Positions 1 through 9,867 of a stretch of 64,000 nucleotides of DNA are shown here, piece after piece. Under the pieces are notes generated by a model. It worked only from the letters and a program-made list of their open reading frames with translations, had not been told where the DNA came from and did no database searches. Numbering within the stretch: the stretch's first letter is position 1; every line of letters begins with the position of its first letter. Source of the stretch: Escherichia phage W115; sequence record ON286974; one strand, 5' to 3'. Both the position numbers and the translations under genes were made by a program.

Positions 1-1106
1 GTGCAATCACTATATTTTTCTTCCGCTGCCGCGATTGTCTCCAGATCTTTGGCGTACTTGCTGGTTGAATAAACTTCTCGGTTACGCCACTCTAACCCAG
101 CCTCATTGAATTTAACAATCTCGTCAAATACCCACCATCCAATGTAGATAAATGAAGTTTTGCGCCACGGGATCGGGTGTACGTAACGAAACATTTTAAC
201 AACTTCCATTGAACATTTTCTACTTGTACTTGTTGCAACTTCTACTGTTTCATCTTCGATCTGTTGATATAGTTTAGCAACACACCAGAATTTGGCTGTG
301 TCATCGTAAGTAGCACTCTCTTTGAACAGATGACCGTCTGGAGTGATAGAAAATCCTTCCAGTGCTTCGCCAACCTCACTACCGATCAGAGTCGGTGACA
401 TTTGCCCTTCGCGCTGCAAATACCAGTTATATTTGATCGTCAAATTAGGCATACCGCTAGAATCGCCTACAATGTTCTCTGACACAACATAATTAAGTAA
501 GATCTCATTACCTAGTGCCACGGTCTTTGATTCCACTACATCCTGATCTACGTTCATTGTTGCCAGCATGATTTTAGTCGATGCGCTATCGGCTGAATCT
601 TCCGACTCACCCCACACTTTTACAGTATACACGCCGTTTTTATCTGCTGTAAATTTTTGGATCGTAATATCCTGTGTTGTGTCTATAACGTCTTCGCCCT
701 TACTCCAACTATAATGTAGTTCATAGTTGTCTGCTGGAGTCTTCCCACCAGAAAATTTTACTGTTGCATGTAATTCTACGTCTGTTTGTGATGATACGTA
801 GAAATGCTGCGGTTCGGTGATATTTACGATTAATTCAGCTTCTTCCATGAGGAAAACTTCAGATTCTACTGATTCCATCGTATCGGTATCCTGTACCGTT
901 ACTTTATAGCTACCCGCATTTTCACTTGTTGCACCTACTACAGATAGCGTAGCTGTGCTATTTTCATGTGGTTGGTCGTCTTTTGTCCATGTATATGTCA
1001 AATTGCTGGGTAATGGTTCGTCACCCGCTACAGTCGCCGTTAAGGTGAAACCATCTCCAGCAAGAAAACATCTTTTGTCAGATTTAATTGATACTGTGAA
1101 AGTCAT
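1..1106 (-). CDS. hoc: Hoc-like outer capsid decoration protein, 3' end beyond window start
   Basis: Minus-strand ORF starting ATG at 1106 (MTFTVSIK...), running off the window edge; hand translation shows repeated Ig-like segments and C-terminal YVHPIPWRKTSFIYIGWWVFDEIV resembling the T4 Hoc capsid-binding region; position next to inh/uvsW as in T4. Confidence 0.6.
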   Translation of the reverse strand, partial: MTFTVSIKSDKRCFLAGDGFTLTATVAGDEPLPSNLTYTWTKDDQPHENSTATLSVVGATSENAGSYKVTVQDTDTMESVESEVFLMEEAELIVNITEPQHFYVSSQTDVELHATVKFSGGKTPADNYELHYSWSKGEDVIDTTQDITIQKFTADKNGVYTVKVWGESEDSADSASTKIMLATMNVDQDVVESKTVALGNEILLNYVVSENIVGDSSGMPNLTIKYNWYLQREGQMSPTLIGSEVGEALEGFSITPDGHLFKESATYDDTAKFWCVAKLYQQIEDETVEVATSTSRKCSMEVVKMFRYVHPIPWRKTSFIYIGWWVFDEIVKFNEAGLEWRNREVYSTSKYAKDLETIAAAEEKYSDC

Positions 1107-1275
1107 ATAAAGCCACTCCCATAGAAAATCCGAATTTAATTAATTGAAATAGTTGATTGCCATCAACCAGATAACCATTGCGAGATTCCAATACATGAGT
1201 ATTAGAATAGTGATGCAACGAGGCCGAAATAGTATCGATCTCGTCTGGGTATTTGTTCTGTTTGATGTAATACAT
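1084..1275 (-). CDS. hypothetical 63-aa ORF overlapping hoc start
   Basis: Track ORF; overlaps hoc start by about 20 nt; no clear RBS examined; may be spurious or a remnant. Confidence 0.2.
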   Translation of the reverse strand: MYYIKQNKYPDEIDTISASLHHYSNTHVLESRNGYLVDGNQLFQLIKFGFSMGVALYDFHSIN

Positions 1276-1371
1276 TGATTTTGTTAGACATGTAGTATCC
1301 TCTTTTTAATTGCATAACGGAACTACAATTAAAATTATAACAAATATTTCACAACTTTTATCACCCAAAAA

Positions 1372-2097
1372 TTACTTGAGTGTGTGGAATTGGCTGTGTT
1401 TAGTCTCTCGCACCTTGACAGACCCATCGCGTTTGATATAATAGATCAGCGACTTGAGGGTGTCGTGTACATACGCGTGCGGGAAACGTTCTGGATACTT
1501 CTTCCAATCTGGAGTATTAACGATCCAGTCGAAAATCCACCACGGGCAGGAGTAGTAACCACGACCGCCACCGATCAAGCAAATGGTCGGACGGAAGCCA
1601 GTAAGATCGCAAAATGAATCAGTGTCATGTGCTGGGGAACGATGCTCTGCTTCGTTAGAGAAAATGTTGGCTACCGGAGATTCCACTTTAACTTCCGGTG
1701 CTTCTTCAACATCTGACTTAACTTCTTCGACCACTGGTTCAACTGCCGGAGATTCTTCTTTTGTTTCTTCAATGACGATCTCAGGTTCTTTCATTGCTTC
1801 AACCAGAGACGGATCAACTTCGTCGAATACCACTTTATCATCTGCGGTGTCTGCTGCCAGAATAAGATCGTTAATACTGGTTCCTTCTGCCGGAGTTTCT
1901 TCTTCCATTTCGGAAGCCAGTTTAGTTAATTCTGTTTCTACGAACTCGATCATGTTCTCTAGCGAGAGCGTCTTTTTGACCTTTATATCAAATTGTTTTG
2001 CGTAGTCCGCTAATTCTGTTTTAGCGGCTTTCTGTGATTCTTTGTCGTCGGACGCCGCAATAGCGCGGAGTTCTTCGAAATATTCTTTATCAAACAT
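1372..2097 (-). CDS. inh: Inh-like protein (hoc-adjacent), acidic linker plus C-terminal WW motif
   Basis: 241-aa ORF between hoc and uvsW as in T4; Glu/Pro-rich middle; C-terminal YYSCPWWIFDWIV resembles the Hoc C-terminal WWVFDEIV motif. Confidence 0.45.
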   Translation of the reverse strand: MFDKEYFEELRAIAASDDKESQKAAKTELADYAKQFDIKVKKTLSLENMIEFVETELTKLASEMEEETPAEGTSINDLILAADTADDKVVFDEVDPSLVEAMKEPEIVIEETKEESPAVEPVVEEVKSDVEEAPEVKVESPVANIFSNEAEHRSPAHDTDSFCDLTGFRPTICLIGGGRGYYSCPWWIFDWIVNTPDWKKYPERFPHAYVHDTLKSLIYYIKRDGSVKVRETKHSQFHTLK

Positions 2098-2123
2098 GTT
2101 ATTCTCCTGATTGGGGGTGTTTG

Positions 2124-2131
2124 TATAAATA
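2124..2131 (+). promoter_or_regulatory. T4-type late promoter box TATAAATA upstream of uvsW
   Basis: Exact TATAAATA about 37 nt upstream of the uvsW ATG. Confidence 0.45.
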
Positions 2132-2167
2132 TTTGTATACTGTATTTATTGAGTGAGGCTATTCGCT

Positions 2168-3670
2168 ATGCAAGATATTAAAATTCACTTTCTGAACTAC
2201 TCCCATGTTCAAATTGAATGTAGCGATTCAATTTTATTAGAAATGCGAGATTATTTTAGTTTTGAAGTCGAGGGAGCGCGGTTTCAAAAAAGATTTAAGT
2301 ATGGTGGATGGGATGGGCGTATTCGTCTTTTAGATTACAACGGAAAGCTGCCAATCGGCCTAACTAAAACCGTGGGAATCTTCGCTAAAAATATGGGCTA
2401 TAGCGTATGGGTAGATCCTCGCTTATTCGAAAAAGAACAAGTTACAGAAGAAGAAATTACAAAATGGTGTAATGACTTAGAATTATATTCCGGTGCTAAC
2501 AGGATCACCCCGCATTGGTATCAATCAAAGGCCGTCTTTGAAGGTATTCATCATAAACGCCGTATGTTAGTTTTGCCTACGTCCGCTGGTAAATCTGCGA
2601 TTGCTTGTATGTTGTCTCGTTGGTACTTAGAGAACTACGAAGGGAAAGTGTTGATCATCGTTCCTACCACGTCGCTAGTGCTGCAAATGCGTGATGACTT
2701 TGTTGATTATCGCCAGTTTCCTTATGAAGCAATTCATACTATCATGAGCGGTACTAGTAAACACGTAGGTGATCGCCTGATCGTTGTTAGTACGTGGCAA
2801 TCTGCATGTAAACAACCTCGTGAGTGGTTCCAACAATTCGGGATGGTTATTGTTGACGAATGTCATAAAGCCACTGCTAAAAACCTGCTAAACATCGTTA
2901 CTGATATGGATCATTGCCAATTTAAGATCGGCATGACTGGTTCCCCTCGTGACGGGAAAGCTAACATGATGCAGTATGTCGGGCTTTTCGGTGATATTTC
3001 TAAGATCGTGAGTATTGACCGCCTGATGGAAGAAGGTCAGGTGACAAAACTGAAAATTAACTGTCTTTTCCTTCGTTATACCGATGAGGAATGTAGCGCG
3101 GTTAAGGGGCGAGAATATGCGGAAGAGATCAAGTATATTACGTCTAACCCACGACGAAATAAGTTTGCTTGTAATTTGGCGCTAAAACTCGCTAAGAAGG
3201 GCGAAAACGTATTCCTGATGTTCCGCAATACTAAGCACGGAAAACTTATGTATGACGCGTTACAGAAGGTACACGACAAGGTTTATTATATTGACGGTGG
3301 AGTTAAGACAGAAGAACGTGATGAATTTAAGAAAATGGCGGAGGGTGACACCGGGATCATTTGTGTTGCGTCTTATGGTGTGTTCTCTACTGGTGTTTCA
3401 ATTAAGAATTTGCACCATGTTATTTTCGGTCATCCAGTGAAGGAATCAACTATCGTTCGTCAGAGTATCGGTCGTGCATTGCGCAAACATGGTTCTAAGG
3501 ATATTGCAACGGTCTGGGATCTTATAGATCATCTGGCGGTGAAGACAAAGAGCAAGAATGCTAAGAAACAGTTTAGTCACCTTAATTATGCTCTTAAACA
3601 TGCCCTTGAAAGAATAAAAATTTACAACACCGACCGATTTGAATATGTCACGAAAACCATCGAGATTTAA
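2168..3670 (+). CDS. uvsW: UvsW DNA/RNA helicase
   Basis: Strong similarity to T4 UvsW along the length (MQDIKIHF..., LPTSAGKS Walker A, DECH box, VWDLIDH); track ORF begins at an upstream GTG, ATG at 2168 matches the T4 N-terminus. Confidence 0.9.
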   Translation: MQDIKIHFLNYSHVQIECSDSILLEMRDYFSFEVEGARFQKRFKYGGWDGRIRLLDYNGKLPIGLTKTVGIFAKNMGYSVWVDPRLFEKEQVTEEEITKWCNDLELYSGANRITPHWYQSKAVFEGIHHKRRMLVLPTSAGKSAIACMLSRWYLENYEGKVLIIVPTTSLVLQMRDDFVDYRQFPYEAIHTIMSGTSKHVGDRLIVVSTWQSACKQPREWFQQFGMVIVDECHKATAKNLLNIVTDMDHCQFKIGMTGSPRDGKANMMQYVGLFGDISKIVSIDRLMEEGQVTKLKINCLFLRYTDEECSAVKGREYAEEIKYITSNPRRNKFACNLALKLAKKGENVFLMFRNTKHGKLMYDALQKVHDKVYYIDGGVKTEERDEFKKMAEGDTGIICVASYGVFSTGVSIKNLHHVIFGHPVKESTIVRQSIGRALRKHGSKDIATVWDLIDHLAVKTKSKNAKKQFSHLNYALKHALERIKIYNTDRFEYVTKTIEI

Positions 3671-3713
3671 TAAATAGGGGCTTTAATGCCCCTTTATTCT
3701 ACGGAGATTAAAA

Positions 3714-3950
3714 ATGATTAGCTTTAAACGTTTTTTGGTTGAGGCCGCTATTGACGGTTTCATGCGTAAGATTTATTCTTGTAATACTATCGAGGGATTA
3801 AATGAACTTGAGGCATATTATGAGAAGCGCAAGAAAGAAACAGAATTGAAACCTGCTGATGATATTTCGATCCGTGATGCCATCGCTGGACGCCGTAAGC
3901 AATTGGAAGCGGACAACGAGCCAGAAGATGAGCCGGAAGAGGATTTTTAA
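3714..3950 (+). CDS. UvsW.1-like small acidic protein
   Basis: 78-aa ORF immediately downstream of uvsW, same position and size as T4 uvsW.1. Confidence 0.5.
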   Translation: MISFKRFLVEAAIDGFMRKIYSCNTIEGLNELEAYYEKRKKETELKPADDISIRDAIAGRRKQLEADNEPEDEPEEDF

Positions 3951-3956
3951 GATATA

Positions 3957-3985
3957 AAAAAGCCCCATCATTGATGGGGCAAAAT
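3957..3985. terminator. bidirectional rho-independent terminator between convergent uvsW.1 and uvsY.-2
   Basis: Hairpin gccccatca/tgatggggc flanked by A-run upstream and A/T-rich tract downstream. Confidence 0.6.
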
Positions 3986-4013
3986 AAACCAATTAAAATC
4001 GGTTATCAACAAA

Positions 4014-4190
4014 TTACATTAACAGCATTGTTTGCTCTACGAGTTGTTCTTGTTCTTCGCCGTTCGCATCTTCACTAATCGAACGTTCTGTTACTAGCTG
4101 TAAGCAGTAGCCAGTGTGAACAACGCCGTTTTCTGTCTGGACGGATAACGCATCCTCGACAGGTTGTTTACAACAAATACAGATTTTCAT
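4014..4190 (-). CDS. UvsY.-2-like small Cys-containing protein (58 aa)
   Basis: Unlisted sub-60-aa ORF MKICICCKQPVEDALSVQTENGVVHTGYCLQ... directly upstream of uvsY. Confidence 0.45.
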   Translation of the reverse strand: MKICICCKQPVEDALSVQTENGVVHTGYCLQLVTERSISEDANGEEQEQLVEQTMLLM

Positions 4191-4211
4191 AAAAATTCCT
4201 CCTGCATGTAT

Positions 4212-4619
4212 TTAGCGACCAGATTCCAGCATACGCAATTCTATAGCATTCTTGATCGCAAAGCCACGAGATTTAACGATATCAAGTGCGCGACCAGCGA
4301 AATCCATTACCATCTGGTAATATGCAATTTTCGTATCAAGCGGTAAGATCTCGTCGTCTGCTGCCATGACAACTTTCAATTCTGATTTCTCATATTCAGC
4401 ACGACACCAGTCATCACTACGGTTAGTGTAAAAGTCAAGACGATTTTTCATAGCCTTTTTCTTTTTAGCCTCAAGAGCAATCGTCTCTCTTTTCGCCTCG
4501 CTGTAAATCCTTAACCACTTTGAGTATACTACCGGATTATTCAGCGCCTCCCATTGCAACTTAGTCGCATCGATCTTCATGTCAGCTTCTAATTGTTCTT
4601 TCAAATCGTTTAGGTCCAT
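4212..4619 (-). CDS. uvsY: UvsY recombination mediator
   Basis: 135 aa; clear similarity to T4 UvsY (LQWEALNN..YSKWL, KSRGFAIK). Confidence 0.85.
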   Translation of the reverse strand: MDLNDLKEQLEADMKIDATKLQWEALNNPVVYSKWLRIYSEAKRETIALEAKKKKAMKNRLDFYTNRSDDWCRAEYEKSELKVVMAADDEILPLDTKIAYYQMVMDFAGRALDIVKSRGFAIKNAIELRMLESGR

Positions 4620-4666
4620 AATATCCCCTTATTCACACTAAGACCTATATCATATCACACACAAAA

Positions 4667-5053
4667 TCACTTTGCAAGTCTTATGCGTAGTTGTTCAAGA
4701 TCATCTGGGTTATCTATTACTGAAAAGTAGATTGATACTATGATTGAGTTATCGTCGTACTGCGGAGTTACTTCTACTGTCAGGTTTCGGACCCGTGGTT
4801 CATAGTTTCGGATCGCCTCATTGATGTTTTTTGATAAGGTATCCACCGTCAGTGGGTTCATGTTCTCAAACAGTGATTTATTGAGATCGCATCCAAACAG
4901 TGGATCAAATGGACGAGATCCCTTGCGAGTAGTCACGATCAGTAGAATAGAATCTTTAACCGCTTTAATCCCTATGTTCTTTTTAACGTCGTTATTCCAC
5001 GATCTGGATATATTGAGATCCAAATCAGTATACATCTGATTAATAGTTGCCAT
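4667..5053 (-). CDS. 25: baseplate wedge protein gp25
   Basis: Similarity to T4 gp25 (TTRKGSRPFDP.FGCDL, RNYEPR, FSVIDNPDD); start re-assigned to ATG at 5053 with GAGG RBS. Confidence 0.85.
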   Translation of the reverse strand: MATINQMYTDLDLNISRSWNNDVKKNIGIKAVKDSILLIVTTRKGSRPFDPLFGCDLNKSLFENMNPLTVDTLSKNINEAIRNYEPRVRNLTVEVTPQYDDNSIIVSIYFSVIDNPDDLEQLRIRLAK

Positions 5054-5061
5054 GTTATACC

Positions 5062-5691
5062 TCAAAGAATTTTAAGGAAACTGGATAGACCTGATAATGA
5101 ATATACACCAGATTCCCCGCATTCGCACTTGATCGGTACTGCCAGCGTGATTTGATTTCTTGTTAGCTCGTCGATCACTTCTTCCACTTTATCCGTGGTA
5201 AGCATATCCAGCACGCGGTCAAAGTCCTGTGCGTTCAGGTCGTCTATATTGAATTGCTGATCGCCGATCACGATATATTCGATACATGCAATTACCATCT
5301 GCATAATATCAACATCTTCTGTAAACTTAGGTTGACGAAATTTGATTTTTACTTGCCCTAAGTCCAGAATATACGGTTCAACTTCTGGTATCTGTGTGCG
5401 TGAAACATCAAGAGAGTATACTTTCTCTTTATTGCATACACCACACACCCAAGTAGCATCAATTTTCATCTTATTGAGGCTGTGACACCATAAGAGAAGA
5501 AAAATATATTCTGCTTCGCATTTCTCTAGCTCTAATGCATTGATCCCCGTACATTCATGTATGATCTCTATAACAACCTCTGACAGCTTGCCAGTCTCTT
5601 TTGCTGCTACCAGTTTTTGAAATTCGCCGAAGGTGAAAGCACGGGCGTGTATCAACTTTTCGCCTAATTGGATCTTGAAAAAGTATTGCAT
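5062..5691 (-). CDS. 26: baseplate hub subunit gp26
   Basis: 209 aa; position upstream of gp25 and divergent from gp51 as in T4. Confidence 0.7.
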   Translation of the reverse strand: MQYFFKIQLGEKLIHARAFTFGEFQKLVAAKETGKLSEVVIEIIHECTGINALELEKCEAEYIFLLLWCHSLNKMKIDATWVCGVCNKEKVYSLDVSRTQIPEVEPYILDLGQVKIKFRQPKFTEDVDIMQMVIACIEYIVIGDQQFNIDDLNAQDFDRVLDMLTTDKVEEVIDELTRNQITLAVPIKCECGESGVYSLSGLSSFLKIL

Positions 5692-5733
5692 AATAAAACA
5701 CCCTTTATAAACACATAGAATTATTTAGTATTT

Positions 5734-5741
5734 TATAAATA
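5734..5741 (+). promoter_or_regulatory. T4-type late promoter box TATAAATA upstream of gene 51
   Basis: Exact TATAAATA about 21 nt upstream of the gp51 ATG. Confidence 0.45.
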
Positions 5742-5761
5742 CCCGAAAGGGGGATTATACC

Positions 5762-6532
5762 ATGAATATTATCCGAATAAAACTACCGGAAGGTGTGCAG
5801 AGATTTAAACCATTCACGGTAAAAGATTATAGAGATTTCCTTCTGGTGTCAACTGAAATTAAGATGAATCCAGAAGAAGAACAAACGATTCTTGATGAGC
5901 TATTAGAAGAAATATATCCAGACGTAGATCCGGCATTTCGTGAATATATTTTCCTGAATGTCTTTACTAGTTCAATTGGTAAAACTAAGATACCGCTTTG
6001 TTTTACTTGCCCGACTTGCAACAAAGAAAGAAGAATGTTGCTTAACTTACAGGTTGAAGCACTAAAACCAATCGTTCTAGAGGCCGCAGGGCTTAAAATA
6101 ACTTTCCGGTATGTTAAACCATCAACCGACTATGCAAAAACGTTTCTGGATGCGATAGAGCGTGTATCTGATGGTATTAATGACTATCTATGGACTGAAT
6201 TGCCGGAAGAAGTTAGAGAACAGGTTATCGATTCAATCTCATTTTCTGAATTTGAAGAAGTTGTTAAGCAGATGCACACAATCAAGATCGAACAAAAGAT
6301 ATCTTGTTGTGAGAGTCATGACCTGAAATACATAGGTCTTCTTCCATTATTCAAATTGTTGTTGAATCCAGATGAGTTATTCATCTTTTATCGAATAAAC
6401 CATCTATTGGCAAAATCAAATTATTCTATCAGTGATCTTATGGACATGTTACCCGTCGAGAGAAACATTGCACTGACACTGGTCGAGAAAGACGTAAAAG
6501 AGGCAAACAATGCAAAGAACGGGGTTTCCTAA
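5762..6532 (+). CDS. 51: baseplate hub assembly protein gp51
   Basis: 256 aa; first gene of the conserved 51-27-28-29-48-54 block; CxxC pairs. Confidence 0.65.
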   Translation: MNIIRIKLPEGVQRFKPFTVKDYRDFLLVSTEIKMNPEEEQTILDELLEEIYPDVDPAFREYIFLNVFTSSIGKTKIPLCFTCPTCNKERRMLLNLQVEALKPIVLEAAGLKITFRYVKPSTDYAKTFLDAIERVSDGINDYLWTELPEEVREQVIDSISFSEFEEVVKQMHTIKIEQKISCCESHDLKYIGLLPLFKLLLNPDELFIFYRINHLLAKSNYSISDLMDMLPVERNIALTLVEKDVKEANNAKNGVS

Positions 6533-7619
6533 TGTCTCAATAAAACTTTATCAGGATTATGAGGCATTTCTAAATCATCGCTTTATAGAATTGGGTGCTA
6601 CCTTTGTTACAATGACTCTGCGTGATTCGATTCGTGGGGTGAACGAAGGATTGTTGCAATTCTATGATAATAAGGCGATGCATACAAAATTAAACGGGAG
6701 AGAGATCATTCAGATTTCGCTATCCACTGCTAATACAGATGAAGTGTTTAACCGAATCTATGGGATCTCTCATAGTAATGTAACAATTGACCAAAAATCC
6801 GACAACATTTTAACATTCCAGTTAAAGAGCTATCACGAATCATTAAACCTTAAATTTTCTCGCTCATTGACAAATAACGCGGTTAATAACGTAACTAGCA
6901 TGATTGATGCCATCTATAAGGAAGTTCCTTTATGGAAACCTACTATAAAGGGTGATAACGTTGTTATTCCTCGTTGTCCGTGGGTTAGTACCATAAATGA
7001 CTATATGGATTTTGTGAGGGCATACGGGCAAAGCGTAGAAACCGAGTCTTTCGTGTATTGCTGGGAAGATTTTGATGGTATAACGATCGCTGGACACGAT
7101 ACAATATTAAAAAATGAGCCAATACCAGCTATAATCTGTGAGCCTAGACTCATGGGGCAGTTTATTGATATGTCGCCTAATCTGATGGTTTTTAATTTCG
7201 AGTGGCAGACTAAGAGCAATGCTAAAGTTAAAAATTCATTTAGCAATGTAACATACACAACTATTGATTTTGTTACTAAGCAGTATAATAAAATTATTGT
7301 TGGTAATGGGGATAACATTGCACACTTTGCTCATGGTGGCGCTTATGGCGATTTAACTTATAAGAATGCGTTTTTGGAAGGTTCTAAACTTGCCACAATA
7401 GAACAATATGATTCATATGCTACCGCCGTGTGTCACGGTAATTTTTCGTTGCGCCCCGGTATGGTTATTCGATTCTTTGATGAGAAGCAACAAGCACGCA
7501 ATGATTTTATTGTTGACGAAGTTGTGCATGAAATTAGCCGAGAGCAATCATTAACTCACCTGTATATGATCGGTAACAGCGAAGAATTACAGGAAGTCAA
7601 ATTTGAAGGTAAGATATAA
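6510..7619 (+). CDS. 27: baseplate hub subunit gp27
   Basis: 369 aa; synteny and N-terminal similarity to T4 gp27 (GFPNVSIKLY). Confidence 0.7.
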   Translation: MQRTGFPNVSIKLYQDYEAFLNHRFIELGATFVTMTLRDSIRGVNEGLLQFYDNKAMHTKLNGREIIQISLSTANTDEVFNRIYGISHSNVTIDQKSDNILTFQLKSYHESLNLKFSRSLTNNAVNNVTSMIDAIYKEVPLWKPTIKGDNVVIPRCPWVSTINDYMDFVRAYGQSVETESFVYCWEDFDGITIAGHDTILKNEPIPAIICEPRLMGQFIDMSPNLMVFNFEWQTKSNAKVKNSFSNVTYTTIDFVTKQYNKIIVGNGDNIAHFAHGGAYGDLTYKNAFLEGSKLATIEQYDSYATAVCHGNFSLRPGMVIRFFDEKQQARNDFIVDEVVHEISREQSLTHLYMIGNSEELQEVKFEGKI

Positions 7620-8137
7620 TGACAGAAACTAAACCTATGTTAAAATTTGTTGTTCCTGTAAAAAAATTAGAGATAAACGGGAAACATATCAAGATCCCAA
7701 AAATGGGGATTAAGCAACATCGATTATTAAAAGATGTTCGTAGCTGTGATGAAACATTAAAGATTCTTCTTGATTCAATCTGTCCTGGGTTAAACGCTGC
7801 CGAGTCTGAATTGGTTATGCTTAACCTTTGTGCGTTTAATGGTAAGTGTCTGGAAGAAAAAGATGGTCTTAAGCTGTCTGATGTGTATATTTGTACAGAG
7901 ACTGAATTTACTTTAAATGGTAAAGTCTTTAAATTTAAAAATCCAATGTATACTTCTGACCCCATTATCGATGACGCTGATTTCTTGAGTCATCATTATC
8001 ACGATCCTAGTGTAGACTTCCATGATTTCCCAGCTTTTATTATGGATTGGGCTACAGGATTAAGAAAAACTATTGCACTGGATACACCGGAAGGTACTAT
8101 CTATGGTGGAATTAACATATTGGATCGCCTATCATGA
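7619..8137 (+). CDS. 28: baseplate hub distal subunit gp28
   Basis: 172 aa; synteny; overlapping stop/start with gp27. Confidence 0.65.
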   Translation: MTETKPMLKFVVPVKKLEINGKHIKIPKMGIKQHRLLKDVRSCDETLKILLDSICPGLNAAESELVMLNLCAFNGKCLEEKDGLKLSDVYICTETEFTLNGKVFKFKNPMYTSDPIIDDADFLSHHYHDPSVDFHDFPAFIMDWATGLRKTIALDTPEGTIYGGINILDRLS

Positions 8138-9867
8138 ATGACGCATTAACATCATTTCGCGGGATGCGCAAGGAAGCGGAAGAAAACCCGATTGATAAAC
8201 TTAACAAATTAGATAAACTTGATTCTATTGATAATTTGCAAGCCGCTACCGAATTGGTGGCGGAGACAGTAGAACAAAAATCTAATGAAGTTGTTGGTGC
8301 GGTAGAGGATAACACCGCAGCCAATGAATTGACGGCAGAGAATACCCAATCTACCGCTGGCAATACCCAAAAAACTTATGAAGAATTGCAAAAACTCAAT
8401 AATTTCTCTTCTCAGATGAATGAGAAATTACGTGGTTTTGGTGTTATGATGGAACGTAGATTTGGTGTTGTCAGTAAAATGGCTAGCGGTATTGGTGCGA
8501 TTGAAGAAGCACTGAAAAAACCGGAACAACCGCAAACAATGCCATCACCTCAGCCAGTTTTGCCTACTGTGCCGGAACAGCCTAATAATGACAACTATCA
8601 AGGTCTTCCAAAGAAAAAACCAGATGTTGAGGAACGGAAGAAAAAGAACGCCACAGATAAGCGTAATGCAGATTCTATGGAAAATCTTCTTAAAGTTGTT
8701 CGTGGAGGATTTAAAGAAACCATAGGTATCTCTAATAAGGTCTTAGGGATGTTATTTAAGATCACCTTGACCGCTATGGCAGAAGCCGCAAAATGGGGCG
8801 CTATTTTGATGGGTATTGTTTTTGCCATCGACACCCTTATGATTCATTTCAGATATTGGAGTGATTTATTCGAAACAAAATTCGATGAATTTATGGATAA
8901 GGCCGGAGAATGGGCTGGTCCTATTAGCGATATTTTAACTACTGTTCGTCAGGTTCGAGATTATTGGTCTAAAGGCGAATATGGGGAGTTAATTAAATCT
9001 CTTGTTATGGGTATTGGTGATGCATTCTATAAAACCTTTATCCAACTTGATCGAATTATCACTACTGGTATTGCTAAAATTCTTCGCATGATCCCTGGTA
9101 TGGGTGATTATGCCGATAAGTTAGAATATGGTGCTTTAAAATCTGCTGTCGCTCAAGGCTATACGCCAAATGAAAGAGAACTCGAATTAATGGATAAGAT
9201 CGAGTCTGAACACGAAGAAGACAAATATGGAGAGCGCACAGGATGGACAGGAAAAGCCCGTGATATTGGCGAAGCTATTGGGGATTCTATTAAGGATAAA
9301 GTTAACGAAGGTCTTGTTAGTCTGGGCTGGAGAGATCAAAAGGATGTTGACGCAGAGAAACGACAAGAAGAATTAAAACGCGGGGAATATAAGTCTGTTT
9401 CTGCTGAACAACGATCTGCTAGTCGTAAACTTAGAATTAAAAGCGAGGGCGCGATCAATAATATTAATGAAGTTATGGAGAATTTGAGCGGTGACTATGA
9501 CAAAGAAAGAATGGGAGAGTTGAAAAAGGATATTGATGTTTACCGTGAGCAAGTTCAAGATCCTACATTAGTTGAAAGTGATCGTTCTCAGTTAGAGCGT
9601 CTTATTGAAAAATTTGATGAGATGTATGCTGATAAAACTAAGGGTGTGGTTCCAACTAATCCTGTTCCTGCAACTGAAACGGAAACAGCAAAACAAGCGG
9701 AACGCACTGAACAAATGCAGAAACAAGCTGCAATCCAGCAACAAACGACAAATCAGACCTCAAACGTAAATAATACACAAATTGTAACAAACAATAGAAC
9801 TATTAAACAGGGTGCACCAACAACTAGAATTGATGCTCCCGGTACAATTAATATGGGGAACTTTTAA
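8134..9867 (+). CDS. 29: baseplate hub / tail length determinator gp29
   Basis: 577 aa; synteny; coiled-coil and hydrophobic internal segment. Confidence 0.7.
   Translation: MNDALTSFRGMRKEAEENPIDKLNKLDKLDSIDNLQAATELVAETVEQKSNEVVGAVEDNTAANELTAENTQSTAGNTQKTYEELQKLNNFSSQMNEKLRGFGVMMERRFGVVSKMASGIGAIEEALKKPEQPQTMPSPQPVLPTVPEQPNNDNYQGLPKKKPDVEERKKKNATDKRNADSMENLLKVVRGGFKETIGISNKVLGMLFKITLTAMAEAAKWGAILMGIVFAIDTLMIHFRYWSDLFETKFDEFMDKAGEWAGPISDILTTVRQVRDYWSKGEYGELIKSLVMGIGDAFYKTFIQLDRIITTGIAKILRMIPGMGDYADKLEYGALKSAVAQGYTPNERELELMDKIESEHEEDKYGERTGWTGKARDIGEAIGDSIKDKVNEGLVSLGWRDQKDVDAEKRQEELKRGEYKSVSAEQRSASRKLRIKSEGAINNINEVMENLSGDYDKERMGELKKDIDVYREQVQDPTLVESDRSQLERLIEKFDEMYADKTKGVVPTNPVPATETETAKQAERTEQMQKQAAIQQQTTNQTSNVNNTQIVTNNRTIKQGAPTTRIDAPGTINMGNF

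Noticed and set aside
1384-2005. Plus-strand ORFs (1384..1617, 1583..2005) inside the inh-like gene
   Set aside because: Antisense to a well-supported minus-strand gene, low-complexity Ser/Thr-rich translation, no RBS; the same reasoning applies to other antisense ORFs in the track such as 14751..15353, 40868..41470, 46596..47093, 51841..52317 and 58400..59155.
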